NCBI GenBank assembly: GCA_029953675.1
Contig: JAMWBK010000005.1
Span: forward strand, 3,100,001-3,164,000
Direction of reading: 5' to 3'
Origin: Rhodosorus marinus CCMP1338
Lineage: Eukaryota; Plantae; Rhodophyta
DNA length: 64,000 bases
Shown here: piece by piece, positions 52,644 through 63,505 of the stretch
Layout of the letters: every line of letters begins with the position of its first letter
Numbering within the stretch: position 1 is the stretch's first letter
Program-made: the position numbers and the translations under genes
The notes under the pieces: model-generated
The model's input: only the letters and a program-made list of their open reading frames with translations
Databases searched by the model: none
Told to the model about the DNA's origin: nothing

Positions 52644-53202
52644 CCATGCTTGCTTCTTGGTTATATGGATACTGCGTACCAAGTCCTATCTACTTTGTTG
52701 AAAACGCCTCCTGCGCAGAGATATGTTTTAGCGAATAAGGTCTTGACACGCGCCCGCGTTTCTTTAATGCTTGATTTTGACCGTTTCTCTTTCCAATCCC
52801 TCGCCCCTTCGGATCTCCTTGATCGGTTTCGGCCCATTTTGAGCGGCTTTCAACGGTTCAGAAAAACCCGCTAGATCGGCTCCCAAATAGGGGTTTTCTC
52901 CATGCTCCTGTCCAAGATTTGCCTTGCCTCGGAAACTTCGCTTTTGGAGAATCATCCTGACTTTCCTCGGGTGTTTCCGCTGGGCGTCTTTCTGTCGGTG
53001 CGGAGCCCCGTGACGACGTGGGGAAGCCACCCTCTATGGATGTACATGTCGACCCTGAGGTGGACCCGCTCGCCATTGAGCCGAGCACCCCTTCGCGCTT
53101 TGGCTCAGGGGAGGGTCTCCGGCTCATTAGGGGCTATCTGTGCCTCCCTCTCCTCTTTGCGTGCCCCTAAGCTCAAGCGTCCTCTCTTGGCGCCAGTTGC
53201 GG

Positions 53203-56200
53203 CAGGCCCCTAGTTTTTGGTTTCGTGAGGGTGTATGGTGCTGGCTTTTGGTGGTTTTGAGTCGCTATTGTGTTCTTCGGTGGGAGGCGCTTCTTTCTGC
53301 AGCCTTTCCCCCGCATCTTCTAGTGGTGTGGTGCGTGCTGGGGGTTGCTAGCGCCCCTTGGAGGTCGTGGTGGTTTTTCTTTGGTTGCAAACGTTGGGAA
53401 CAAGTTTTCTTTTTGGGGGTTTCGTGGGGGAATCGGTTTTTCACACCTTCCAATCGTTATGGTTGGGGTTTCCCCACCCATTCCGGCGGACGGAGCCGTT
53501 CTCTCAGCGCGCGTGGAGCTCTGCGTGGGCGGGTTTAGTACCGCGGCCACCCTCACGGACTGCGCTGACGAGTTAGCCCATGGGATCTGCTCGAAACTGA
53601 CGAGTCTTCTTGTGACTGCTTCCCAGGAACACCGCCTGCCCCTGCTGATCGCCTATTTGGAGCGCTTCTCCGCCTCCGCGCCTGCCCCATACCCCCCGGT
53701 GCCCGTCCCCGCGGATCCGCACGGTACAGCGGGGCCTGCCTCCACCCGACCCGAGCGCTCCGCTCCGGTCATTCCTGATTCCGACTGGCCTACCCCTATT
53801 CAAGGACAGACGCCTCCTGGGCCCGCGTCGGGCCCGAATCCTGCTCCCTCCAGTGCCCCACGTGCGACCTATTCGCAGGTCCTACGCAGGGGCTCTTCTG
53901 AACAACGCACGACGGCAATGGTGCGTGTGATGCCACAACACATCCCTATTGACTCTTCTCGCCAACTATCTCCGTTCCACTTTGTTTGGATGACGAACGT
54001 GCGTCCCCAGACCCCCTCTCGTGGTCGGGGCCGCGCGCCCGTCCACTACCGCGATTTTCGCGACACCATGGCTTCCTCCCTTGGGGTCGCCCCGTCTGAA
54101 TTCCTATATGTGGACTTCACGGGCCCTCATGCCTGTTTTCTTGTTACTGACTCGGCTTACCAGTTCCTTCAATCGCTTGTAACCACCCCCGCGCCCCAGC
54201 GCTCTGCTCTGGCCAACATGATACTGACTCGTCCTCATGTCTCTTTGTTTGTCGAGTTCGATCGTTTTGACGCCGGCTGGGTTCCTCCGTCGGCCTTGCA
54301 AAACCTGGATGCCTCGCAGGCTTCGGTTGTCGCGCTACACACTCATGCGGCGCGGCTCTCGCGCATACAGGCGAGCCTCTTCGCGCGTTTTCCTCCTCGC
54401 GGGGTCCTCCGCACCGCGCTAGAGGCCTTCCTCTCCACTGAGGCCACCCTGCTGGAAGCTCACCCTGCGTTTGACCTTCTGCCGCCGACTCTTGAGCACC
54501 CTTCCTCCCCTCGCCCTGTCTCCGAGGCTCGTGACACCGACATGGCAGAAGCACCATCGGCCTCTCCGAATCCGCTGGCTCTGGACACCCTCAGTCAAGA
54601 CTCCGCTGCTGAAAACCCTGTGTCTACTTTCTTCAGGTCTTTTAGTTCCTTCGTGCGCCCTCCACGTAAGCGTCGTGCGGCTCCTGAGCCTCCCTCCGAG
54701 GCACCTCCTCCGGATATTCGATCTGCCTTCCCGACTGAGGGGAGGCCCGATGTCTGAGTCTTCCTCCTCCGCGTGCGTGTCGTCCTGGTTACCCTTGTTT
54801 ACCAGTGACCGCTCAGCCTGGCATGAGCGTGTTCTCTCGTGGTTTTCGCACCTTGTCGCCTCCTACCCGGACGGTTCCCTTCCCCTTTGTCGTCAGAGCA
54901 CGGCCGTACGGCTCCCTCGTCGACTTCATAAGCCCCTAGGATTGGTGTTGGATTTTCTCTGGCAGCAGGTCGCCGCGAACCCTCACTGCTCTCTTCGCTG
55001 GGAACTCTTGTTCTTTTTTCCCCGCCTCGTGCTCACCTCCTCTACCGTCCCCCTCAACCCACATCCTCGCCGGGTCCACCCTCGCCGAAAACTGCAAATG
55101 TTCCTTTCCGGCGACTTTGAGGACCTCGAACGTCTTTATTTCGCTTCTCTCTCTTCCTTTTCTCCTAGTGCTCCCTCAGCTTTTAGGTCTTCTCGACAGA
55201 ATCGGGCGCGTCACGCGGTGGCAGGTGGTGATCTGCGGCGGGCAGCCGGGATCCTCCAGCAGCGGCAACCTGTGGTTCCATACTCCGATGATCTTTCTTC
55301 ACCGCTCCGTTTGCTCTTTCCCTCGGAAGGCTCCCCTTGGGACTCCTCGTTTGAATCAGTGTTGGAAGAGTACCGCGCCGCGCCACATCCCAGTGCGCGG
55401 TTAGTGGTCAATCTGGAGGCGGTGCGTGAGTTGGTTCATGATGCTCCGAATGGCCGTTCCCCAGGGCCCTCGGGGCTGCGGGTGGAATATCTCCGTTTCT
55501 TAAGTGATGAAGGTTTGAAGGCGTTGGCGTGGGTGGTCGAAGCGCTCGTGAATGGTGATCCCCTGTGTGAGTGTGCGTGGTTCTTGGTCGGGCGTTCGCA
55601 GTTGTGTCTGCTTTCGAAGCCCGGCCACACGGCCTCGAGCCCTGCTATTCGCCCTATTGGCCTGGTTGAGGTGGTCCGCAAATTGGCGGCGCGATGGTTA
55701 GTGAAAATCCTGGTTCCCGAATCCCGCCGTTTCTTTGGGCACGTGCAGTTAGGCGTGGGCTATCGTGGTGGCTGTGAGTTGTTATCTGTTTTACTCCGTT
55801 CGGAAATGGCGTACTCCCCAGATTCTGGGCTCCTCTCTGTAGATTTTACCAATGCGTTCAACCGCGTCTCTCGTCCGGCTCTCATGCACGTGGTGCGCGA
55901 AGTCTTCCCTGTAGGCTTTCCCTTTGTTAGTAGACTTTATTCTCCGCTTGGTCGTGGGGCTACCTATGACACCCTTGGCGCTTCCTCACACACGTTTGCG
56001 GCGCGCACAGGGGTACAACAGGGTGATCCCTTGTCCCCTTTCCTACATGCCTGTGGACTACAAGTCGTCTTGCTTTGTCTTCGCTCCGAATTCCCGCAGG
56101 TTCGTACGGTTGCATACCACGACGACGTGTGCCTCCTGGGGCCCCCTGATACTCTAGCACTCGCTTATGATCGTCTCCGCTCCTTGGCTTCGCGGGTTGA

Positions 56201-57955
56201 CCTGGAGGTTAATCATCACAAATCGTTCTACTGGGGAGGTGTAGCTGCACAAGAGCAGCAGGTACCTGCGTCGTTCCAGGATATTTGGAGACCGGATGGT
56301 TTTGTCCACTTAGGCATCCCCTACGGGTCGCCGTCCTTCGTTGAAGGCGAGTTGCTGCAGCTCCTCGGTAAGCACAGACAGCTGGTTGCAGAGCTTCGAC
56401 GGCTACCTCCGGGCTTTCTCCAGTGCTCGTTGTTGCTGTTTCGGTATTGTTGCAGTCAGCGGTTAACCTATTGGCTTCGCTCACTTCCAACTCATTGGGG
56501 CCGGTGGTTGGCCACTCGTGCGGATGCTGAAAGTTTCCGTGACCTGGGGTATTTTCTCGATGAAGAGCTGAGCGCTCTGCCGCGACCCACCTGTGATGTT
56601 GTGCGCGCCCAGGTAGGCCTCCCATTGCGATTGGGGGACTGGGCCTCTGCAATCGTGTTGTGGTCCAACCCGCAGCCGCAGTAGGGGCCTGGGGAACCGC
56701 ACTTCCCACTTTGAGCAGCTTGGGTATCTCGAAGTTCCGCAATTTGATGGCGAGCCTCTCGCGGGGTGTCTTGCTTCCCAGCGTACCGGAAAGCGCCCAA
56801 GACTTGTTTCTGGAGCTCCAAACCGCCCTGAATTCCTGTACTAGTCTCCCCGAAACCGTTCAACCCCGTCTTCCTGACTGGCGAGCTGTATTTGACCGCT
56901 CTCGAGGCTCCGCCCCGGGGATTCGTCCTGCGCCTGAACCTGTTCTAGGGGAGATTGACCCAGTGGTTGCCGCAGAAGAAGAAGTTCCAGTTGATCCTCC
57001 TGATGATTCCCAGCGCGCTGGGAGCCGAGCTCAAGCACGCACGGATGCGCTGCAAAATATCCTTATCCTTTCTTGGGACTTGCACCGTGCTGCATATGGC
57101 CGACTCCTCGCGCAGATGGTCTCATCTTCTCGCGCTCGCGCCCGCCTACGTAGTCTTGGAGGGGTTCTTAGCTCTCAGTGGCTCATGACCGTACCAGCCT
57201 TTCCGCCACTCACACTGTCGGATTTCGAAGTGCGTACTTCACTGCGCTTATACCTCGGCTTACATCAGCCCCCTTGGCCGTACGAGATGGGTTCGTCGTG
57301 CCCTCTCTGCTCTCAGACTGAAGACAACGCAGATTTTGGCGCCCACCTGCTCGCTAGTTGCCCGGCGGTGAAAGGTGCTCGAACCCGCCGCCACACACGG
57401 ATCTTGAACCTGTTATACCGGGAACTTCGGCCTATAGTCCGGCAAGCCGGTCTGGAAATCGAACGTGAGAAACCTTTACCCGTCGCGGACTTTCAAAATG
57501 ATGAACGCCGTGTAGCCGACCTGGTGATCACCTGTGACGACAGCCGCCGTACCACATACGTTGATCTTGCTGTTCCTAACCCTCAAGCTAGTCGTTATCT
57601 CCCGGCTGCGGGGGAGCGCCGTGGATCTGCCGCCGCCAGCATGAGACGCCGCAAAGAGATCAAATACGCGGGGGCTTTGTCTTCCCCTGGTGTTCGTGCT
57701 TCGGCACTAGCACATCGCTTGGTACCCCTGATCATTGAGTGCTTTGGGTTCATGGACTCTGTTGGTTCTCGCTGGCTTCGGGAGTTGTTCCGCGAACGCC
57801 CTGACCGTCTTCAATCGTTGTTTACCCGCTTAAGTTTCCTGCTGTGGCGCATGAATGCCGCTTTGATGTTGGAGGCGCGAGTACTTCGCCGCGCTTAGTC
57901 TTTTTTTCCCCTCGGGGTTTTTTTTTTCAGCCTCCGATTAAACCATTCATTCATT
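53203..57955 (+). mobile_element. Family C element, second copy: ORF1 53459-54757, ORF2 54750-57898 with one frameshift near 56635
   Basis: Nearly identical to 36309-41053 in the opposite orientation. Tail attaaac-cattcattcatt. Exact 9-bp TSD cagttgcgg at 53194-53202 and 57956-57964. Confidence 0.95.
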
Positions 57956-60730
57956 CAGTTGCGGGGGGAAATCCTTCTGATTCCGTTGCGGATTCGCATC
58001 CCGTAGACGCTTCCTCCGTGGTGAGGGAGCAGGATGTCTGAGTCTTTTAGGGAACATTGCGAGCTTCCTGCTTTCTTTTCGAGCCCAGGTAGCTTTGAAG
58101 ACTGGCGTTCTCGCCTTTTCTCTTGGTTCGAAGGGTTCGTTGGGCGTTTTCCTTCTGGGGATATCCCTCTTTGCCATCGTTCGCCCCCAGTCTCTCTCCC
58201 TCATCGCTTGCGCGGCAGGGTTTCTTTTTTTTTTTTTGGATTTCCTGCTTATGGAGGTGGCCGACCATCCTCAAGCAGCACTTGGTTGGGAGCTTTTGTT
58301 TGTTTTTCCTCCGCTAGTGCTCACGGTCCCCCAGGGGCGCCATGCATGTCCAATTAGACGCAAAGTTCAGTCTTTTCTGGCGGGGAACTTTGCTTTCTTG
58401 GAATTTTTACACCTTGCTAGTGTTTCTTCTTCCTCTTCGTGCGGCACTTCACCTTCTTCTCGTTCCCGTAGGCAGGTACGGGCAAAGGCAGCAGTGTGCT
58501 GCCTTGGCACAGGGGGAATATCGGACGGCCATCCTTCAGCAAGGCGCTTCAGTCGAGCCTTATCGGACTGACCTGGCTGATCCAGTCGCCGTGTTGTTCC
58601 CAGCGCGACGTGAGTTGGAATTCTGAGTTCCAGCGTGTCTTAGATCCTTTTGTCGATTCCTCACTCGGTAGGGCTCGGTTGCTTGTCCCGCCTGATGAGG
58701 TTCTGGCTCTGCTTAGGTCCGCTCCGAAAGGTCGTGCACCTGGTCCACTCAAGACTCCGGATCGAACTTTTTCACTGGTTGGGTGAAGAGGGGCTGGACG
58801 CCCTCGCGCGGGTACTGGAGGGTCTTGTCAAGGGGGGCGATTTTTGCGCAGAGGCCTGGGCACTATTGTCGCGCTCCCAAGTGGTCCTCTTGCCCAAGGC
58901 TGGACATTCAGACCAGACGCCTTCCTTTCGCCCAATCGGGATGTGCGAAGCATTGCGGAAGCTGGCGAGCCGCTTTCTATCCCGTCAGCTCACTAGGGAG
59001 GCCAGGTTTTTTTTTGGGTTGACCCAGGTCGGTGTCGGCTATTCAGGAGGCTGTGAACTGGTGACGCGCATCCTGCAACTGGACGGTCTCCGCGATGAGC
59101 CCTTGCGCACGCTTTCGGTGAATTTCGGCAACGCGTTTAACAGTGTGTCGCAAGCACACGCGCTTGAGGTAGTTCGTTAGCTCTTCCCCTCTGGCTTCCA
59201 GTTCCTACGTCGCGTATATGGTGAAGCGCCAAGCGGGCCCCGATTTGTCACCTTAGGTGCCGAGAGCCACAACTTTGCGGCTCATACGGGTGTGCAGCAG
59301 GTCGATCCCTTAGGGCCGTTCCTGCACGCCTGTGGATTGCAACTGGTGCTGTTGCGGATGAAACATCAGTTCCCGCGGGTCCGTGCAGACGCCTTCCATG
59401 ACGATGTGACGCTCCTTGGCACCCCTGACGATGTGGTGCCGGCCTACGATTTTCTTGGCGAGGTGGCTTCCTTGGTGGGGCTGCGTATAAACCATGCCAA
59501 GTGCGATTTTGGGCGGGATCTCACTGCACCGCGGACGCGGTTCCATCCAGGTTTCGAGACATTTGGTCCGCTGAGGGCTTCCTCCTGTTCGGTGTCCCCG
59601 TGGGCACCCCGATATTTGTCGAACGCACCCTCTCCGCGCTACTGAGTCATCACGATGAGCTCCTGACTGAGCTTTGCAGTCTCCCAGAAGGGTATCTCCA
59701 GACCGCTCTGCTCATCTTCCGCTTCAGCGCGTGTCAGAGGCTGACCGATTTTTTGCGGCAGCTACCATCCGAGTGGGGGTCTTGGCTGCCGCTCCGCGCA
59801 GACCAACGAGCGAGGGATGTGCTAGGCATTCTGATGGATGCTGAGCTGTCTGTATTGGGGGATGTAGAAAAGGACCTGCTTCACCGACAGATCACATTGC
59901 CCGTGCGGTTGGGCGGCCTGGCCGTGGCATCCTACCCGGCGATCCAGCCGGCCGCTGTGGTGAGTTCGTGGGCGAATGCGCTTAATACGTGGTCTACGGA
60001 GCGTGATCCGCATGTGAGTGGTTTCTTGAGAGGGCTTCGGGTTGGGAGGCTGGATGCGACTCTCGCCTTGCCCTGCGGCTCGGTTTTTTTTTTTGCGGAA
60101 CTGGAAGCGGCTTCTCAACGATGTACTGCCCTACCGATTGGTACCCAGGCTCGTTGCAATTCCTGGGGGGCAAATTCTTGACTCACTCAACGGCCAGCAT
60201 TCGGGAGTTTCTGCTGCAGCGCCGTGTGTTGTAAATGGTGTAGAAACTGACGAGGATATGGACGCGGTGGCTGTGCCGTCGAGAACCCCTGAGGAGGGCG
60301 TTCCCCGGTCGGGTCCGGCCCCTTCGAGGACCGATGTAATCCAAAAAACCCCTTCGTGGGACATACATTGGGACTCGTATGCCCCCCTTCTGAGTTCACC
60401 TTCCTGCTCGGCTTCGACTTTAGCTCGACTGCGCGGTTTGGGGGGGAGTCTCAGCTCCTGCTTCTTCACGGTCATACCTGCGTATCCGCGGTTAGCGCTC
60501 GCCGATCTCGAACTTCGTGTAAGCTTACGACGGCACCTGGGGTTGCCGCAACCCCCTTGGCCTGTTGCGCGGGATTCTAGATTTGCATGGGTCGGGGCAA
60601 ATGGGCTTTGGGGTGATTATGGTGCGCACTTGTTGGCGTCTTGTGCGGAGGTTCAAGGGGCCCGGACCAGACGCCATATGCGGCTCAACCGCTTGATTTT
60701 CCGCTACCTTCGTTCTCAATCGCTCGGTAC

Positions 60731-61225
60731 GGACCGAGAAGTGGAGTATGAGGTCCCTCTGGCGGTGGCATCGGAAATTGCGGACGAGAGTGACGCCTCA
60801 GCGGTACAGCGGGTGGCGGATCTCGTTGTGTCTGATCTAAATGCGCGTCGCAGTGAGTACATTGACATATACATCCCTTGTCCTCAGGCGAGCAGGGACC
60901 GAGACGTGGGGTATGAGGTCCCTCTGGCGGTGGCATCGGAAATTGCTGATGAGAGTGACGCCCCAGCGGTCCAGCGGGTAGCGGATCTCGTTGTGTCTGA
61001 CCTAAATGCGCGTCGCAGTGAGTACATTGACATATACATCCCTTGTCCTCAGGCGAGCAGGGACCGAGACGTGGGGTATGAGGTCCCTCTGGCGGTGGCA
61101 TCGGAAATTGCTGATGAGAGTGACGCCCCAGCGGTCCAGCGGGTAGCGGATCTCGTTGTGTCTGACCTAAATGCGCGTCGCAGTGAGTACATTGACCTCT
61201 CCATCCCTTGTACTCAGGCGACCAG
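60731..61225 (+). repeat. 3 x 165-bp in-frame tandem repeat of the REL catalytic core in family B
   Basis: Units start at 60731, 60896 and 61061; each encodes 55 aa, DREVEYEVPL...QRVADLVV...EYIDIYIPCPQASR. Confidence 0.97.
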
Positions 61226-61571
61226 GTACCTGCCTGCGTCCGCTCGGCGTCGAGGAGCTGCAGCTCGGTCCATGCGGCGTGTGAAAGAATCGCAGAATGC
61301 GGCAGCGATGTCAAACCCTACCTTTCTCGATTCGGCGGTGACATACCGGTTTGTCCCCTTCATTATTGAATGCTTTGGCTTGATAGATAGTGTAGGTTCT
61401 CGCTGGCGCGAGATATCTTTCGCAACGACCCAGGGCGTCTAGATAGTCTGCTCACGGAGCTTTCTTTGACCCTGCGGCGGTCAAATACTGCTTTGTTTGT
61501 AGACAGTCGTCATCTCCGCGTTGTCCCTCGCTTCTCAGGGTAGTTAGCCTCTGAATAAACGTGATGATGAT

Positions 61572-62370
61572 TATCCCTTCGCGGAAGCAGCAACAATCCT
61601 CTTACGCCGCCAACAGAATCAATACTCTTTGGCTAAGGCCAATTTACTTTACGCCCACGAACGACAACGATTCTACTATGATCGAGGCAAGAAGGATGTG
61701 CAGTTTCAGGCGGGCAACTATGTTCTCTTATCCGCACAAAACCTACAAATACCCGGTTCTAAAGTTTTCAGACCTCGCTTCATAGGACCGTTTACAATTT
61801 TACGGAAAATTGGCAACCTCGCATAGAAGCTGGAGTTTCCGGGAGGTTCTCACATGCTTGATGTTTTTCATGTATCGTTATTACGGAAATTCAATGGACC
61901 AGAGCCTGAGACTTCTCAAGTAGTTACTGCCTTACTACCAACCGTACCTCAGCGGGAAGTGAAGTCAGTTTTGGAATCGTCCAGGTGAAAAGAACCTGAG
62001 TGAGTACGATGTCTACTTGGGAGGTGAAACCATAGATGACTCGCGCTGGCTGCCCAGGCTCGCAACACCAAGCAGCAGATTCCATACTACTGTAATTTCC
62101 AAAAGGTAACTTCTTCTTCATCAGCCCGGAAGTTTTCTCCTGCGGTGGGAGGAGATGTCACGTCCTGAAGAAACAACCCGTTAGCATGGCCAGAGGGCTA
62201 AACTTAGCATGGTTGGAGTGCTAAACATAGCATGCACGGAGGTCTAAACTGGCGCAACTGGAGAAAGATATCCTATAAATACGGAAGTTACGACGTCCCA
62301 GCACGGTTCTAGAGTGAGAGAGAAGGTGTCCAAGATACATGGAAGAAAAAAAAAACTTAAAAAGGTATTT
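61572..62370 (+). mobile_element. Decayed Ty3/gypsy integrase tail with PPT and probable LTR start at 62156
   Basis: RQRFYYDR...GNYVLLS...PRFIGPF...VFHVSLL; gggaggaga followed by TGTCA. Confidence 0.75.
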
Positions 62371-62383
62371 GGATCTTGAACAT

Positions 62384-62509
62384 GCGTCTAGATAGTCTGC
62401 TCACGGAGCTTTCTTTGACCCTGCGGTGCTCAAATGCTGCCTTGTTTGTAGACGCGCGTCATCAGCGTCTTGTCTCTCGCTTCTCACGGTAGTTAGGCTC
62501 TGAATAAAC
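62384..62509 (+). mobile_element. Family B 3' fragment
   Basis: Matches 61435-61560. Degenerate 17-bp TSD at 62371-62387 and 62510-62526 (3 mismatches). Confidence 0.85.
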
Positions 62510-63505
62510 GGATCATCAACACGCGTTCTACGCAGAAAGTGATATTATGCAAAAACCAAATGACAGCCTGTCTCTAAATGAATAGCCTTCTAGAAGCTAA
62601 ACTTATTAGATTTAGGATATACTCTCGCATTTGCTCAGCCGGAGAAAGGGTAAACAAATACCGTAGATACGACTTCAGTATTGGTTTAGCGAGAAAGAAG
62701 AGGACACAGCAAGGTTAATTGGGGAATAGATTAAAGGTTGTCGTCTAGAGCTAGACTAATTAATTGAGAAGAGAAAGCAAGAGAAAGTGTGGTGGTATTG
62801 GACATAGGGTCCTATACTCTAAGACCCCAGGTATAGTGTATACTCTAGAGGTGAGTGAATGAGGACCGTCCATCGTAGTCCGAGACTACTAAAGTTAGAG
62901 TACTTAGAATTCATTGTTCATGGGGTCAGATACACAAATAAAGGAAGGTGCTACCGCTGTTTGGGAAAAGGTTACTAACAGAGGCAATTTTCTACATGGT
63001 CTCATCGCTAGTGCGATCACAAATACCTTTGTGCGATGGAAACCAGAGTCAGTTTGGCTGAGAGGGATCACCGAGTTTATCAAGGGTGGGTATCGGTGTC
63101 CTGTTGTTGATGAGGCGGGAAGTAAACGCCTCACGACCCCCTCCCCCCCCACCCCCGACCCACCGCGGTTCTCGCCCAAAGCTGTATATACTACGCAGCG
63201 AGGCGCGGGCAAGTGCAAAATATTTTTTTAACCCTATGGTTGCTTTGCCCGGTGGTGGGGGGTAATTAGTTGATTTCCTGCCCAAGCGTAGTAGATGAAG
63301 GAAAGTGGGAAACAACTATTGTCACGAAATGGGTATGAAGGGAGGTCGGATGGATGGTCGCGCGGAGGGGGGGAGAGGGGGAACTGGGATTATGCTAGTC
63401 TTGGGATTGAGATGGTAAGGGCTTACCATCTCAACTGGATTGGTTGTTGAGGCATGAGGCTGTTTTTAAAGTTGAAGATATGATGATAGAGATTCTGGAG
63501 TAAGG

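Larger units (their letters stand above)
47190..61571 (+). mobile_element. CRE-like non-LTR element, family B, apparently full length, interrupted by gypsy (47958-52643) and family C (53203-57955)
   Basis: ORF1 pieces 47450-47957, 52644-53202 and 57965-58041 rejoin across the TSDs and align with family-C ORF1. ORF2 runs from 58034 with many frameshifts (GVGYSGGCE, AFHDDV, LPVRLGGL, HLLASC, RVADL). 3' end is aataaac + gtgatgatgat. Confidence 0.88.

Noticed and set aside
27815-62526. Recurring ~23-nt motif GGTAGTTAGCCTCTGAATAAAC as a CRISPR-like repeat or snRNA/spliced-leader target
   Set aside because: Spacing is irregular, both strands are used, the motif overlaps the ORF2 stop codon and TSDs flank it. 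The resemblance to U2/U6 (tcgcttctc) is only 8-9 nt.
62904-63231. 105-aa ORF upstream of the second methyltransferase
   Set aside because: No recognisable domain and no counterpart upstream of the first copy; possibly TE debris.
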